Source: an uncultured Saprospiraceae bacterium (GTDB lineage: Bacteria; Bacteroidota; Bacteroidia; Chitinophagales; Saprospiraceae). From it: a DNA stretch of 64,000 nt. Below, piece by piece: positions 63,600 to 64,000 of the stretch. Position 1 is the first letter of the stretch. Each line of letters starts with the position of its first letter. The notes below the pieces were generated by a model that was not told the DNA's origin, searched no databases, and saw only the letters and a program-made list of their open reading frames with translations. The stretch lies in assembly GCA_937951615.1 (NCBI GenBank), contig CALFBH010000004.1:63228-127227 (forward strand), read 5' to 3'. The translations under genes and the position numbers were made by a program.

Positions 63600-64000
63600 A
63601 TGGGCTTATTAATTGCATTTTTTGTTCTCTCTATTTTCTTTTCTTTTTTATGCTCTATACTTGAGGCTGTTTTGCTGAGTATCACGCCATCTTATGTCAG
63701 TATTAAAGAGCAGGAAGGCAGTAGCATTGCTGATGAATTAAAGGAACTCAAGGAAGATATAGATCGTCCTTTATCAGCCATCCTTACCCTCAATACTATT
63801 GCGCACACCGTCGGTGCAATAGGAGTAGGCGCGGCAGCCAGTAAAATATGGGCTGACAATACAGTTGATATTTTTGGTTTACCGCTTTCTTATGAAGCCA
63901 TTGTTGCGACGCTAATGACACTGGCCATTCTTATTTTTTCGGAAATCATTCCAAAGACTATAGGTGCAAACAACTGGAAATCACTGACTCCATTTACGGT
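63600..64000 (+). CDS. DUF21/CNNM-domain membrane protein (hemolysin/CorC-like), 3'-truncated by the window
   Basis: Hand translation from the ATG at 63600 gives MGLLIAFFVLSIFFSFLCSILEAVLLSITPSYVSIKEQEG...PLSAILTLNTIAHTVGA, a typical DUF21 N-terminus. Not in the track because it has no stop in the window. Confidence 0.8.
   Translation, partial: MGLLIAFFVLSIFFSFLCSILEAVLLSITPSYVSIKEQEGSSIADELKELKEDIDRPLSAILTLNTIAHTVGAIGVGAAASKIWADNTVDIFGLPLSYEAIVATLMTLAILIFSEIIPKTIGANNWKSLTPFT

Noticed and set aside
1-64000. Search for tRNA, rRNA, tmRNA, transposase, integrase, reverse transcriptase and prophage genes
   Set aside because: I found no GGTTCGAATCC-type T-arm motifs, rRNA-like stretches or ORFs with DDE, tyrosine recombinase or RT motifs. 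The repeats therefore have no obvious in-window mobilising enzyme.

Overview
64-kb chromosomal window, most likely from a Bacteroidota genome. This is an inference from T9SS type-A C-terminal sorting domains, SprB-type repeats, a PUR-like DUF3276 gene, a DUF3857/transglutaminase pair and signal peptides ending in ..AQ. I support about 45 protein-coding genes. I recognised no rRNA, tRNA, CRISPR array, transposase or integrase.

Layout:
- 1-6452 (-): 5' part of a giant SprB-repeat adhesin that runs off the window.
- 6.6-24.6 kb: mixed envelope and housekeeping genes. These are a TlpA-like thioredoxin, a TIR-like/TPR/SDR fusion, a PUR-like protein, an ABC exporter, a T9SS SBBP+S8 protease, two beta-propeller lipoproteins, nusB, an OmpA-like gene, DUF1697 and MscS.
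- 24.7-34.2 kb: acyl-CoA cluster (thiolase, MFS, hydrolase, tandem-fused double acyl-CoA dehydrogenase, SDR, MaoC, AbfD-type 4-hydroxybutyryl-CoA dehydratase).
- 34.5-36.2 kb: AT-rich two-gene islet.
- 36.3-43.3 kb: DoxX-like gene, two of three paralogous ~500-aa helical proteins, yraN, DUF1684 and a small T9SS cargo.
- 44-56 kb: envelope genes, including an ABC-like gene with a degenerate NBD, a P-loop protein, an OMP, CapA-like, lipA, OsmC and an active/dead transglutaminase pair.
- 56.0-62.0 kb: AT-rich region with a 1.26-kb ORF-free stretch, the third helical paralog and a sigma-like/anti-sigma-like pair.
- Right end: an FMN alpha-hydroxy-acid oxidoreductase and a truncated DUF21/CNNM gene.

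Best candidates for something new:
1. An ABC-type ATPase translationally coupled to a 145-aa PD-(D/E)xK-like protein (34510-36190). It looks like a compact defence module in the style of Septu or PARIS, but with a different effector.
2. A C8 homopolymer that separates the ATG and signal peptide from the body of the T9SS protease. This is either a phase switch or a sequencing error.
3. A pervasive intergenic repeat architecture. Short-period (6-9 nt) degenerate 'word' arrays occur as inverted pairs that form long hairpins or bracket whole genes. One sub-family shares a TTTTGC-N3-GCAAAA core.
4. A ~280-nt diverged direct repeat flanking the degenerate ABC-like gene.

All function calls come from reading motifs by eye. 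No database search was run.
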